A stretch of 64,000 bases of DNA from Alphaproteobacteria bacterium (GTDB lineage: Bacteria; Pseudomonadota; Alphaproteobacteria; MPNO01). Position numbers and translations under genes: made by a program. Shown piece by piece: positions 1-10,350 of this stretch. The stretch covers positions 2,464,001-2,528,000 of the forward strand of contig OZ219866.1 in the NCBI GenBank assembly GCA_964291675.2, given 5' to 3'. Position 1 is the first letter of the stretch; each line of letters begins with the position of its first letter. A model generated the notes under the pieces. The model ran no database searches. It had not been told where the DNA came from and worked only from the letters and a program-made list of their open reading frames with translations.

Positions 1-2
1 CG

Positions 3-2573
3 ATCGGCTTCCGCTGGGGCGAGACCGGCAAGTGGAACATCGAGGAGAAGGACGGCGCCGATGGCGAAACCACCCGGCTGCGGCTCAGCCTGATCGACAT
101 AAGGGACGATGTCGCCCCGGTCGGCTTCCCCTATTTCGGCAATACCAGCCACGACCATTTCGCCGGCACCGAGCATGACGAGGTGCTGTGGCGCAACGTG
201 CCGGTGAAGAGGATCGCCACCGGCGACGGCGAGATGCTGGTCGCCACGGTCTACGACCTGTTCGTTGCCAATTACGGGCTGGATCGCGGCCTGGGCGGGG
301 CCAACGTGGCCGCGGATTTCGACGACGACGTGCCCTACACGCCCGCCTGGCAGGAGCGGATCACCGGGGTCGCGCGCGACAAGGCGATCGCGGTCGCCCG
401 CCAGTTCGCCGACAACGCGCACAAGACCGAGGGCCGGTCGATGGTCATCGTCGGCGCCGCGCTCAACCACTGGTACCACATGGACATGATCTACCGCGGC
501 ATCATCAACATGCTGGTGATGTGCGGATGCGTCGGCAAGTCCGGCGGCGGCTGGTCGCACTATGTCGGGCAGGAGAAGCTCAGGCCGCAGACCGGCTGGC
601 TGCCGCTCGCCTTCGCGCTCGACTGGCACCGCCCGCCGCGGCACATGAACAGCACGTCCTTCTGGTACGCCCACAGCGACCAGTGGCGCTACGAGAAGCT
701 GGCGGTCGACGAGATCGTCTCGCCGCTCGCCCCTGCGGGCGAGTGGAACGAGCTGAGCCTGATCGACTTCAACGTCCGTTCCGAGCGCATGGGCTGGCTG
801 CCCTCGGCGCCGCAGCTCGCGAGCAATCCGCTACAGGTGACCCGGAACGCCGCCGACGGGGACCCCGTCGCGGCGGCGGTCGCCGGGCTCCGGGACGGCA
901 GCTTGCGGATGTCATCCGAGGACCCGGACGATCCGGCGAACTGGCCGCGCAATCTGTTCGTCTGGCGCTCCAACCTGCTGGGATCGAGCGGCAAGGGCCA
1001 CGAATACTTCCTCAAGCACCTGCTCGGCACCCAGCACGGCGTGCAGGGCAGGGAGCTCGGCGAGGCGGGCGAGCGGAAGCCGGTCGAGGTCGCGTGGCAC
1101 GACGCCGCGCCGGAAGGCAAGCTCGACCTGCTGGTCACCCTCGATTTCCGCATGTCGACCACCTGCCTCTACTCCGACATCGTGCTGCCGACCGCGACCT
1201 GGTACGAGAAGAACGATCTCAACACGTCGGACATGCACCCCTTCATCCACCCGCTGTCGGCCGCCGTCGACCCGGTGTGGGAGACCCGCAGCGACTGGGA
1301 GATCTTTAAGGGCATCGCCAAGAAATTCTCCGAGGTCGCCGACGGCGAGCTCGGCGTCGAGCGCGACCTGGTGCTGGTGCCCACCCTGCACGACACGCCG
1401 GCGGAGCTCGCCCAGGCGACCGGGGTCAGGGACTGGAAGAAGGGCGAGTGCGAACCCGTCCCCGGCAAGACCATGCCCAACATGGTGGTCGTCGAGCGCG
1501 ACTATCCCGCCACCTACAAGAAGTTCACCGCGCTGGGGCCGCTGATGACCGAGGCCGGCAACGGCGGCAAGGGCATCGCCTGGAACACCGAGGACGAGGT
1601 CGCGTTCCTCAAGCGGCTGAACGGCGAGGTGCGCGAGGAGGGGGTCTCCAGGGGGCTGGCGCGGATCGAGAGCGATATCGACGCCACCGAGGTGGTGCTG
1701 ACGCTCGCGCCGGAGACCAACGGCAATGTCGCGGTCAAGGCGTGGGCGGCGCTCGGCAAGGCGACCGGGCGCGAGCACAAGCATCTGGCGGCGGCGCGCG
1801 AAGAGGACAAGCTCCGCTTCCACGACCTCCAGGCGCAGCCGCGCAAGATCATCTCCTCGCCCACCTGGTCGGGGGTCGAGGCGGAGCACGTCACCTACAC
1901 GGCCGGCTACACCAACGTGCACGAGCTGATCCCGTGGCGCACCCTGTCGGGCCGCCAGCAGCTCTACCAGGACCATCTGTGGATGCGCGCCTTCGGCGAA
2001 CAGCTCTGCGTCTACAAGCCGCCGATCGACACCAAGACGATCAGCCCGCTGATCGACGACAAGGACAACGGCAGCCCGCAGGTGGTGCTCAACTTCATCA
2101 CGCCGCACCAGAAATGGGGCATCCACTCGACCTATACCGACAACCTGCTGATGCTGACGCTGTCGCGCGGCGGACCGATCGTCTGGATCAGCGAGATCGA
2201 CGCCCGCAAGGCCGGAATCGAGGACAATGACTGGATCGAGGCCTACAACGCCAACGGCGCGCTGGTCGCGCGCGCCGTGGTCAGCCAGCGCGTGCCGGAG
2301 GGCATGACGCTGATGTACCACGCCCAGGAGAAGATCGTGAACGTGCCGGGCAGCGAGGTGACGGGGTCGCGCGGCGGCATCCACAACTCGGTCACCCGCG
2401 CGACCGTCAAGCCGACCCACATGATCGGCGGCTACGCCCAGCAATCCTACGGCTTCAACTACTACGGCACCGTCGGCTCGAACCGCGACGAGTTCGTGAT
2501 CGTGCGCAAGATGCTGGCGGTCGACTGGATGGAAGGCCCCTACCGGGGCTCCCCGATGGAGGCGGCAAAATGA
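3..2573 (+). CDS. narG: Respiratory nitrate reductase alpha subunit (5' end outside window)
   Basis: Open frame from base 3 (IGFRWGETGKWN); NarG motifs HYVGQEKLRPQTGW, WRSNLLGSSGKGHEYF, TPHQKWGIHSTY; ATGA overlap with narH. Confidence 0.98.
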   Translation: MGFRWGETGKWNIEEKDGADGETTRLRLSLIDIRDDVAPVGFPYFGNTSHDHFAGTEHDEVLWRNVPVKRIATGDGEMLVATVYDLFVANYGLDRGLGGANVAADFDDDVPYTPAWQERITGVARDKAIAVARQFADNAHKTEGRSMVIVGAALNHWYHMDMIYRGIINMLVMCGCVGKSGGGWSHYVGQEKLRPQTGWLPLAFALDWHRPPRHMNSTSFWYAHSDQWRYEKLAVDEIVSPLAPAGEWNELSLIDFNVRSERMGWLPSAPQLASNPLQVTRNAADGDPVAAAVAGLRDGSLRMSSEDPDDPANWPRNLFVWRSNLLGSSGKGHEYFLKHLLGTQHGVQGRELGEAGERKPVEVAWHDAAPEGKLDLLVTLDFRMSTTCLYSDIVLPTATWYEKNDLNTSDMHPFIHPLSAAVDPVWETRSDWEIFKGIAKKFSEVADGELGVERDLVLVPTLHDTPAELAQATGVRDWKKGECEPVPGKTMPNMVVVERDYPATYKKFTALGPLMTEAGNGGKGIAWNTEDEVAFLKRLNGEVREEGVSRGLARIESDIDATEVVLTLAPETNGNVAVKAWAALGKATGREHKHLAAAREEDKLRFHDLQAQPRKIISSPTWSGVEAEHVTYTAGYTNVHELIPWRTLSGRQQLYQDHLWMRAFGEQLCVYKPPIDTKTISPLIDDKDNGSPQVVLNFITPHQKWGIHSTYTDNLLMLTLSRGGPIVWISEIDARKAGIEDNDWIEAYNANGALVARAVVSQRVPEGMTLMYHAQEKIVNVPGSEVTGSRGGIHNSVTRATVKPTHMIGGYAQQSYGFNYYGTVGSNRDEFVIVRKMLAVDWMEGPYRGSPMEAAK

Positions 2574-4114
2574 AGATCCGCGCGCAGATCGGCAAGGTCC
2601 TGAACCTCGACAAGTGCATCGGCTGCCATACCTGCTCGGTGACCTGCAAGAACGTCTGGACCAGCCGCGAGGGCATGGAATACGCCTGGTTCAACAACGT
2701 CGAGACCAAGCCCGGCGTCGGCTATCCCAGGGAATGGGAGAACCAGGACGTGTGGAACGGCGGCTGGGTGCGCAAGCGGAACGGCCGCATCGCGCCGAAG
2801 ATGGGCGGCAAGCTGCGGATTCTCGCGAAGATCTTCGCCAACCCGGACATGCCGCAGATCGACGACTATTACGAGCCCTTCACCTTCGACTACGAGCACC
2901 TGCACAACGCGCCGGAGTCGCAGACCCCGCCGACCGCGCGACCGCGCTCGCTGATCAGCGGCGAGCGCATGGAGAAGGTCGAGTGGGGTCCGAACTGGGA
3001 AGAGATCCTCGGCGGCGAGTTCGCCAAGCGCAGCAAGGACGTGAATTTCGAGGCGCTGGAAAAGGACATCTACGGCCAGTTCGAGAACACCTTCATGATG
3101 TACCTGCCCAGGCTTTGCGAGCACTGCCTGAACCCGAGCTGCGTCGCGGCCTGCCCGTCGGGGGCGATCTACAAGCGCGAGGAGGACGGCATCGTCCTGA
3201 TCGACCAGGACAAGTGCCGCGGCTGGCGCATGTGCGTCTCGGCCTGCCCCTACAAGAAGATCTATTACAACTGGCGGTCCGGCAAGTCGGAGAAATGCAT
3301 CTTCTGCTACCCGCGCATCGAGGCCGGGCAGCCGACCGTCTGCTCCGAGACCTGCGTCGGGCGCATCCGCTATCTCGGCGTGCTGCTCTACGATGCCGAC
3401 CGGATCGAGCAGGCCGCGGCGGCGGAAGACCCGCAGGATCTGTACCAGGCGCAGCTCGACATCTTCCTCGACCCCGCCGACCCCGAGGTGGTGCGCCAGG
3501 CGCTCGCCGACGGGGTGCCGCAGGCCTGGATCGACGCGGCGCGCAAATCTCCGGTCTGGCGCATGGCGATGGACTGGAAGGTCGCCTTCCCGCTGCACCC
3601 GGAATACCGCACCCTGCCGATGGTGTGGTACGTGCCGCCGCTGTCGCCGATCCAGTCGGCGGCGGAGGCCGGCGCGCTCGGCCATGACGGGCTGATCCCC
3701 GACGTCTCGCAGCTCCGCATTCCGCTCAAATACCTCGCCAACATGCTCACCGCCGGCGACGAGGCGCCGGTCCGCCTGGCGCTCGAGCGGATGCTGGCGA
3801 TGCGGGCCTATATGCGCGCCAGGCATGTCGACGGGCGCCGCGAGCTGGGCGCGCTGGAGCGGGTCGGGCTCACCGAGGCCGATATCGAGGACATGTACCA
3901 GACGATGGCGATCGCCAACTACGAGGACCGCTTCGTGATCCCGACCACGCATCGCGAATACGCCGAAGAAGCCTTCGACCTGCGCGGCGAGTGCGGCTTC
4001 AGCTTCGGCGACGGGTGCAGCGGCGGCACCGGCAAGCTCGACCTGTTCAGCCACGAGGTGCGGGTCGGGCCGAGCGCCGGCGGGCGCTCGGACAAGGCGG
4101 GCGCGGTGCGATGA
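2570..4114 (+). CDS. narH: Respiratory nitrate reductase beta (Fe-S) subunit
   Basis: MKIRAQIGKVLNLDKCIGCHTCSVTCKNVW; four Cys clusters typical of NarH. Confidence 0.98.
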   Translation: MKIRAQIGKVLNLDKCIGCHTCSVTCKNVWTSREGMEYAWFNNVETKPGVGYPREWENQDVWNGGWVRKRNGRIAPKMGGKLRILAKIFANPDMPQIDDYYEPFTFDYEHLHNAPESQTPPTARPRSLISGERMEKVEWGPNWEEILGGEFAKRSKDVNFEALEKDIYGQFENTFMMYLPRLCEHCLNPSCVAACPSGAIYKREEDGIVLIDQDKCRGWRMCVSACPYKKIYYNWRSGKSEKCIFCYPRIEAGQPTVCSETCVGRIRYLGVLLYDADRIEQAAAAEDPQDLYQAQLDIFLDPADPEVVRQALADGVPQAWIDAARKSPVWRMAMDWKVAFPLHPEYRTLPMVWYVPPLSPIQSAAEAGALGHDGLIPDVSQLRIPLKYLANMLTAGDEAPVRLALERMLAMRAYMRARHVDGRRELGALERVGLTEADIEDMYQTMAIANYEDRFVIPTTHREYAEEAFDLRGECGFSFGDGCSGGTGKLDLFSHEVRVGPSAGGRSDKAGAVR

Positions 4115-4815
4115 AGACCTACCGGGCGCTGGCGGCGCTGCTGCAATATCCCACCGCCGAGCTCGCCGGGGCGGCGGGCGAGATCGCCGCCGCGGCGAAG
4201 CAAGACGCGCTCCTGTCCCAAGCCAGCCTCAAGGCGATCGAACGCATGGCGGCGCAGCTCGCCGTGGGCGACCTGCTGACCGCGCAGGAGGGCTATGTCG
4301 GGCTGTTCGACCGCTCGCGCAGCCTGTCGCTCCACCTGTTCGAGCATATCCACGGCGAGTCGCGCGACCGCGGCCAGGCGATGGTCAACCTCGCGGCGCA
4401 TTACGAGACCCGCGGCTACGGCATCGACGGCAACGAGCTGCCCGACTACCTGCCGCTGTTCCTCGAATTCCTGTCGCTGATCGATCCCCGGGAGGCGGCC
4501 GACCTGCTGGCCGACGTGGTCCATATCCTGGCCGCGATCCGCATCCGGCTGGAGCGGCGGGGCAGCGACTATGCGGGGCTGTTCCAGGCGCTTGAGGAGC
4601 TTGCCGCCAGGCGGCCCGACGGCGCCGCGGTGGCGGGGATTCTGGAGCGGGACAGGTCGCCCGAGGCGGAGGCCGCCGAGCTCGACAAGGAGTGGGAGGA
4701 GGCGCCCGCCTTCGCCGGTGCCGGGGACGACGGCTGCCCGGCGGCGCGCGACACCCTCAACCGGATGGCCGAGCTCGCCCCCGGCGCCGGGCACGACGGA
4801 CGGGAGGGAGGATGA
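4111..4815 (+). CDS. narJ: Nitrate reductase Moco-insertion chaperone
   Basis: ATG at 4111 overlaps the narH stop; SLHLFEHIHGESRDRGQAM and ELPDYLPLFLEF motifs. Confidence 0.95.
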   Translation: MKTYRALAALLQYPTAELAGAAGEIAAAAKQDALLSQASLKAIERMAAQLAVGDLLTAQEGYVGLFDRSRSLSLHLFEHIHGESRDRGQAMVNLAAHYETRGYGIDGNELPDYLPLFLEFLSLIDPREAADLLADVVHILAAIRIRLERRGSDYAGLFQALEELAARRPDGAAVAGILERDRSPEAEAAELDKEWEEAPAFAGAGDDGCPAARDTLNRMAELAPGAGHDGREGG

Positions 4816-5522
4816 CCATGGCCGACTGGTTGCACATCCTGGTCTTCGGCTACTACCCCTATTTCGCGGCGACGGTGTTCCTCGCCGGCAGCCTGATCCG
4901 TTTCGACCGCGAGCAATACACCTGGCGCAGCGGGTCGAGCCAGCTGCTGCGCCGCGGCCAGCTGGTGTGGGGCAGCGTGCTGTTCCACATCGGCATCCTG
5001 CTCCTGTTCCTCGGCCATCTGGTCGGCCTGCTGACGCCGCAGGAGATCTACCACGCCTTCGGCCTCTCCTCCGGCGCCAAGCAAATGCTGGCGATCGTGG
5101 CCGGCGGGATTTTTGGCGTGGTCTGCTTCGTCGGCCTGACCATGCTGCTGCACCGCCGGCTGTTCGACCCGCGCATCCGCCGCACGTCGAGCCCGATGGA
5201 CATCGCGATCCTCGCCATCTTGTGGGCGCAGCTGGTGCTCGGCCTGGCCACCCTGCCGCTCTCCTGGGCGCATCGCGAGCACGGCGAGGTCATGGTCACG
5301 CTCTCGCTCTGGGCGCAGAAGATCGTCACCTTCCAGGCCGACGCGGCGCTCCACGTGGCCGACGTGAGCTGGGTCTACAAGGCGCATATCTTCCTCGGCG
5401 TCACCATCTTCCTGATCTTCCCGTTCAGCCGCCTGGTCCATATCTGGAGCGCGCCGGTCGGCTATCTGGGTCGGCGCGGCTACCAGGTGGTGCGGACCCG
5501 CGAAGGACGCCGCGTCGCGTGA
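4812..5522 (+). CDS. narI: Nitrate reductase gamma subunit (cytochrome b)
   Basis: RFDREQYTWRSGSSQLL, heme His ligands (LFHIGI..FLGH; AHIFLG..FSRLVH), five TM segments; ATGA overlap with narJ. Confidence 0.96.
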   Translation: MTMADWLHILVFGYYPYFAATVFLAGSLIRFDREQYTWRSGSSQLLRRGQLVWGSVLFHIGILLLFLGHLVGLLTPQEIYHAFGLSSGAKQMLAIVAGGIFGVVCFVGLTMLLHRRLFDPRIRRTSSPMDIAILAILWAQLVLGLATLPLSWAHREHGEVMVTLSLWAQKIVTFQADAALHVADVSWVYKAHIFLGVTIFLIFPFSRLVHIWSAPVGYLGRRGYQVVRTREGRRVA

Positions 5523-5529
5523 GACGGCG

Positions 5530-6291
5530 ATGACCGGAATCCGCGTCAACGACCGCTGCATCGAGGAAGACGAGATCCTGCGCGAGATGCAGTACCACCC
5601 GGCCGGCGATGCCGCCGCCGCGCGCCACGCCGCCGCCCGATGGTTGGTGATCCGCGCGCTGCTTCTGGATCGCGCCCGAGCTCTGGGGATCGACGAGGAC
5701 GACGAATCGGCCGCCGTCCAGGCGGTGATCGAGCGCGAGGTGGACATCCCCGAGCCCGCGGGCGCGGAGTGCCGCCGCTACTACGACAACAACAAGGCGC
5801 GCTTCGCCAGCCCCGATCTGGTCGAGGCCGCGCATATCCTGCTGCCCGCGGCGCCCGACGACGAGGCGCGCCGCGCCGAGGCCGAGGCGCGGGCCGGCGA
5901 GCTGATCGACACGCTCACCCGCGCGCCGGAGCGTTTCGGCGAGCTGGCGCGGGCCCATTCGGCCTGCGACTCCAGGCACGAGGACGGGCGGCTGGGCCAG
6001 GTCTCGCGCGGCGACACGGTGCCCGAGATGGAGACCTTTCTGTTCAACCTGGAGGAAGGGCAGCTCTCGCCGGTGCCGGTGAAGACCCGCTACGGCATCC
6101 ATGTCGTGCGCGTCGACAAGCAGCTCCCCGGGCGGACCCTGCCCTACGAGACGGTGGCCGACAGGGTGGCGGAGCATTTGAAGGACGCGTCCTGGCGCCG
6201 CGCGTTCCGGCAATATGTCCAGCTGCTCGCCGGGGACGCCCGCATCACCGGTTTCGACATCGCCGCCGCGGACTCGCCGCTGGTGCAGTAG
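5530..6291 (+). CDS. Parvulin/PpiC-type peptidyl-prolyl isomerase (NifM-like), nar-associated
   Basis: AAHILL, FGELARAHSACDS..GRLG, PVKTRYGIHVV rotamase motifs; directly after narI. Confidence 0.85.
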   Translation: MTGIRVNDRCIEEDEILREMQYHPAGDAAAARHAAARWLVIRALLLDRARALGIDEDDESAAVQAVIEREVDIPEPAGAECRRYYDNNKARFASPDLVEAAHILLPAAPDDEARRAEAEARAGELIDTLTRAPERFGELARAHSACDSRHEDGRLGQVSRGDTVPEMETFLFNLEEGQLSPVPVKTRYGIHVVRVDKQLPGRTLPYETVADRVAEHLKDASWRRAFRQYVQLLAGDARITGFDIAAADSPLVQ

Positions 6292-6406
6292 TCCTGCTTT
6301 TGCCGGGCAGGGCCCCGATCGTCTCGAACGCCGGTGACGGGCCATCGCCTTCGGCTCGGGATGCGCAAGCCGCCCGGGGCCGGGAACAACGAGATCGTCC
6401 GGCGCG

Positions 6407-7843
6407 CTATCGGCCAAGCGAGGCGACGATGCCGGGCATGATCCGATACAGGTGCAGCAGGATGAACGACGCGCCCTGCTGGTCGGCCAACGCGCCGTAG
6501 GTCGGCGATCCGACGATGCGCAGATGCGGGTCCGCCCGGCCGCCGGCGCCGATCGCGCGGCATTCCGGATCGACGCCGAAGCCGATTCCGGTTGGATGGG
6601 GCGCCGCGTATCCGCGCGCCGCCAGCGTGCTCACCAGGGGATTCGTCGAGCGGTCCGGCCGCATGCCCGGCCCGGTGCAGTTCACGATGGCATCGAAGGT
6701 CTTCCGGCGGCGTTCGCCGTCTCCCCTGGGTTGCAGGGCGACCGACAGCGCCTCGCCGTCGCGCGCCGCGGATACGCAGGTCGCCGCCTCGAACGAGACC
6801 TGCCCGGCGGCTTCGGCATCGGCGATGCGGGCCTCGATCTGCGGCGGGAGCTGGAAGCGGTGCACGTCGTACCAGACCCGCAGGTGGCGCTGGAACCGGC
6901 GTTTCTCCGCCAGCTTCAGGGCGGGCCAGAGTTCCCAGACCGAATCCCTGAGATCGGCGAACGGCTCCAGCCAGGTGCCGCCGGCGGCTTCGGCCCGCAT
7001 CGCCTCCGAGCGCAGCGTCCGCAGCAGGCCGCGCACGCTCGCGTGCCGGCCATGCGCCGCGGTGAACAGGGAAACCGGCCGGAGGATGCGTTCGACGAGA
7101 TCGGGGGGAGGACCGGCACCCGCCTCCGGCCGCCGCCGGGTGCGCAGCCCGTGGCGCGAGACCGCCGTGATCGGTCCCCGATGTCCCGATCGCAGCAGGA
7201 CGGCGATCGCGTCCGAGGCGGTTTGCGCCATGCCGAGCAGCAGGATCCTGGCATCGGCGGGGATCTGGCGCAGCCGGGCGGTGTCCCACGGGTTGCCGAG
7301 GAAGCCGGGACCGTCCGAGAGCGCGCCGTCGAAGGGCGGCGGTGCGTGCGGACGATCGTAGCCGGTGGCAATGACCGCGAGGCCCGCCGACAATTCCCGA
7401 CCGCCGTCCAGGGTCAGCCGGTAGCCACCCCCTGTCCGCCGCGCGTCGAGTACGCGCGAGCGGACATGCCGGATCGCCGAGCCCGACGGGTTGCCGTCGA
7501 CATGCGCGCGGAGCTGCCCTTCGACATAGCGCCCGAAAACGCCGCGGCGCATGTAGATGTTGCCGTCCGCGGCCAGCGCCCCGGGGTCGCGCGCGGCGCC
7601 GCCCTGCGCGGCATACCAGTCCCGCAGGTGATCCGGCGCGTCGGGATAGACCATATGCACAGCCAGCGGCGCGTTGAGCCGATGGTCGGGATCGTCGGTG
7701 TCGTAGGCGAGGCCGTGGCCGGGCCGGGCGCGCGGCTCGACGATCGCGATGTCGAGCGGGTGTTCGGCCATGCGCGAGAGGTGGATCGCGAAGACCGCGC
7801 CGGTGAACCCGCCGCCGACGATGGCGACATCGACCGCCGTCAT
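6407..7843 (-). CDS. FAD/NAD(P)-binding protein (YdhS-like)
   Basis: VAIVGGGFTG Rossmann motif, GLAY..HRLNAP, WYDVHRF, IVNCTGP. Confidence 0.75.
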   Translation of the reverse strand: MTAVDVAIVGGGFTGAVFAIHLSRMAEHPLDIAIVEPRARPGHGLAYDTDDPDHRLNAPLAVHMVYPDAPDHLRDWYAAQGGAARDPGALAADGNIYMRRGVFGRYVEGQLRAHVDGNPSGSAIRHVRSRVLDARRTGGGYRLTLDGGRELSAGLAVIATGYDRPHAPPPFDGALSDGPGFLGNPWDTARLRQIPADARILLLGMAQTASDAIAVLLRSGHRGPITAVSRHGLRTRRRPEAGAGPPPDLVERILRPVSLFTAAHGRHASVRGLLRTLRSEAMRAEAAGGTWLEPFADLRDSVWELWPALKLAEKRRFQRHLRVWYDVHRFQLPPQIEARIADAEAAGQVSFEAATCVSAARDGEALSVALQPRGDGERRRKTFDAIVNCTGPGMRPDRSTNPLVSTLAARGYAAPHPTGIGFGVDPECRAIGAGGRADPHLRIVGSPTYGALADQQGASFILLHLYRIMPGIVASLGR

Positions 7844-7868
7844 CGAAGGCTCCCCGGCGCCGCCCCGG

Positions 7869-9024
7869 CTATTGCATCGTGCCCGGCAGCCAGGTCGCGA
7901 GCTCCGGGATCGCCACCAGAAGCGCGATCAGGAGCACCTCGGCGACGACGAAGGGCAGCACGCCCGAGTAGATGCGCGACAGCGGCACGTCCGGCGCCAT
8001 GCCCTTGATGATGAACACGTTCATGCCGACCGGCGGGGTAATCAGCCCGAGCTCGACCACCATGACGACGATGACGCCGAACCAGACGGGATCGAATCCG
8101 AGCTGCAGCACGATCGGAAAGAAGATCGGGATGGTGAGCAGGATCATCGCCAGCGCGTCGAGCGCGCAGCCGAGCAGCAGGTAGATCGCGAGTATGACCG
8201 CCATGGTGACGAACGGTCCCGTGCCCAGCCCGTCGACCCAGCTGCCGAGCGCATCGGCGAGCCCGCCCAGGGTGAGGAACTTGTTCAAGAGAATCGCGCC
8301 GATCAGGATGGTGAAGATCATCGCCGCGGTCTTGATCGTCTCGAGCAGGCAGGCGCCCAGCCGCTTCCCGGCGAACAGCCCGAGCCAGACATAGACGACA
8401 TGGGCGACGAAGATGCCGGTATAGGCGAGATATCCCACCCAGCCGGGCCAGCCCGCGGCCTCGACCCCGGTCGACAGGTTGACGGCGACGGCAACGAGCA
8501 GCACCAGAAGCGAGGCCACGAGCAGCAGGTTCGCGGCCCGCAGCAGCCGCCTGCGCCGCGGCGGCGCGTCGCGCGTCCAGGTGTTGACCGCGAGGTCGAA
8601 GGCGCCCATGAACGCGCGCGCCCACACGTCCCCGACCGCGGCCGATGCCGGCGGCCTCGGTCGGCGTGAACGCGCCGGTATAGATGCCGCCGATCACCAG
8701 GACGAACAGGACGATGGTTGCCAGCGCCAGCCCGCCGCGCCGGTGCCCGAGCCAGGCGTTGCACGACCGGTAAAGGTCTTCCGACAGCCCGGAGCCGGTG
8801 GCGAAGAAGCCCATCAGCACGAATAGCGGGACGACGCTGAGCTCGTTGGTGATCACCGTCTCGTAGACGGTCAGGCCGAGCAGGGAGAGCGACGGCTCGA
8901 CGCCGATCAGCAGGGCCGCGCCCGCGGTGCCGACGGCGCCCATCGCGAAGCCGATCGGCATGCCCATGGCGAGCAGCGCGAACATCGCGACGAGGCCGAC
9001 CAGGTTGAGGACGATCGGATCCAT
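7869..9024 (-). pseudogene. TRAP large permease DctM, disrupted (in-frame deletion plus frameshift)
   Basis: N-terminal DctM (VPLFVLMG) jumps from GGLALATI straight to VLFVLVIGGIYTGAFTPTEAA (~124 aa missing versus the intact DctM at 58074); frame breaks near 8616-8640; C-terminus (FDPVWFG, ELGLITPPVGMN) is in another frame. Confidence 0.85.
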
Positions 9025-9045
9025 CGCGGGCGTGCGGGCTCCGGC

Positions 9046-9594
9046 TCAGCCGGCGCCGGGGCCGGGCGGGGGACCGGCCGCGTCCGCAACCGCCGTCCCG
9101 GCGGAGATGCGGATCGCCCGGACCCACTGCATAGCCAGCGCGGCGAACATCACGAGCGAGCACAGCACCATGACGACAGTCACCGGCCATAGCGGTATCT
9201 CCCAGATCTGGGTCAGATTGCCGTTGTCCCGCTGGACGACCGCCAGCTCGCCCAGGCGCCAGCAGACCAACGCGACGAAGACCAGCGACACCGCATAGGT
9301 AACGCCGTCGAACGCCGCCTGCCAGCGCGGCGGGAGATGGGAGATCACGATGTCCGCGCGGGTGTGGCCGCGCAGGAAGGTGGTCAGGCCGATCGCCAGG
9401 AAGACCGTCAGCCCCATCGACAGCTCGGTCGCCTCGACCTTGGCCGTGATCGGCGCGGAAAGCAGCTCCCGGCCCAGCACGTCGACGAAGGTCAACAGGG
9501 TCATCGACGCAAGCGTCGCCGCGCTGAGCCAGGCGAGCCGCGAGGCGGCCCGCCCGGCCAGCACGGCGAACCGCCCCGGCGGGGATGCGGTCAC
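9046..9594 (-). CDS. TRAP small permease DctQ
   Basis: DVLGRELLSAPI..ELS, GHTRADI; four TM segments; lies between dctP and dctM remnants. Confidence 0.85.
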   Translation of the reverse strand: MTASPPGRFAVLAGRAASRLAWLSAATLASMTLLTFVDVLGRELLSAPITAKVEATELSMGLTVFLAIGLTTFLRGHTRADIVISHLPPRWQAAFDGVTYAVSLVFVALVCWRLGELAVVQRDNGNLTQIWEIPLWPVTVVMVLCSLVMFAALAMQWVRAIRISAGTAVADAAGPPPGPGAG

Positions 9595-9610
9595 GAAGCC
9601 GTCGCGGCGG

Positions 9611-10350
9611 CTACTCGATCGCGGCGACCGTCGCCTTCAGATCGGCCTGGCACCGGCGCGGCCGCCCGCCTCGGTCAGCGCGTCCTGCGCCTCCCGGTTC
9701 AGCGAGGCCCATCTCTTCTTGTTCATCGTCAGGAAGAAGGGAACCGTGTACAGCCCGCCGGGCACCAGATGGTGATGCGTGACCAGCTTCTCCAGGCGGA
9801 ACCCCCTGATCGCCTCGAACGGGAAGAACGCGCCGGCGGCGATGCCGCGGAGCAGGCTCTCATGCGCCTTGGTCGCCGGCATCGCGACGGCAACGGCGCC
9901 CAGCTGCTTGGCGAGGAAGATGCCGCCGCCGACCCGGAGCTTCACCCCCTTCAGGTCTTCGAGCGTGGCGATCCGCTTCTTGGTGTGGAGTATGCCCGGC
10001 CCGTGGACCCACACCGTGAGCAGGCGGGTGTCCGCGAACTCCGTCGCGATCAGGCCGTTCTTCTCGTACCACATCCAGGCGGCCTGGCTGCCCACCACGG
10101 CGCTCGGCGACAGGAAGGGAATCTCCCACAGCCGCAGCGCGACGAAGCGTCCCGGGGTATAGGCGGGCACGCCCCAGGCGATGTCGCGGATGCCGTTGAC
10201 CGCGAGGTCGTACTGCCCGGGCGGCTTGGCCAGCGCCGTCTTGTCGACGGTCAGCTTCAGCTTGCCGCCGGACGCCTGTTTCGCCGATTCCGCCCATTCG
10301 GCCAGGGTGTTCGTCATGTGATGCACCGACGGCACCCAGTTGGCGATCGT
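9611..10350 (-). pseudogene. TRAP solute-binding protein DctP, truncated at the 5' end and internally deleted
   Basis: ANWVPSVHH..., YTPGRF, LEDLKGVKLRVGG; no start codon or signal peptide; premature TGA at 9637, with the apparent original end ADLKATVAAIE-TAG (stop 9611-9613) in another frame. Confidence 0.85.

Noticed and set aside
5530-6291. PPIase attached to the nar operon as a novelty
   Set aside because: A NifM-like parvulin after narI is a known arrangement in proteobacterial nar clusters.
9637-9639. Premature TGA in dctP as possible read-through
   Set aside because: The true C-terminus is in another frame after a deletion.
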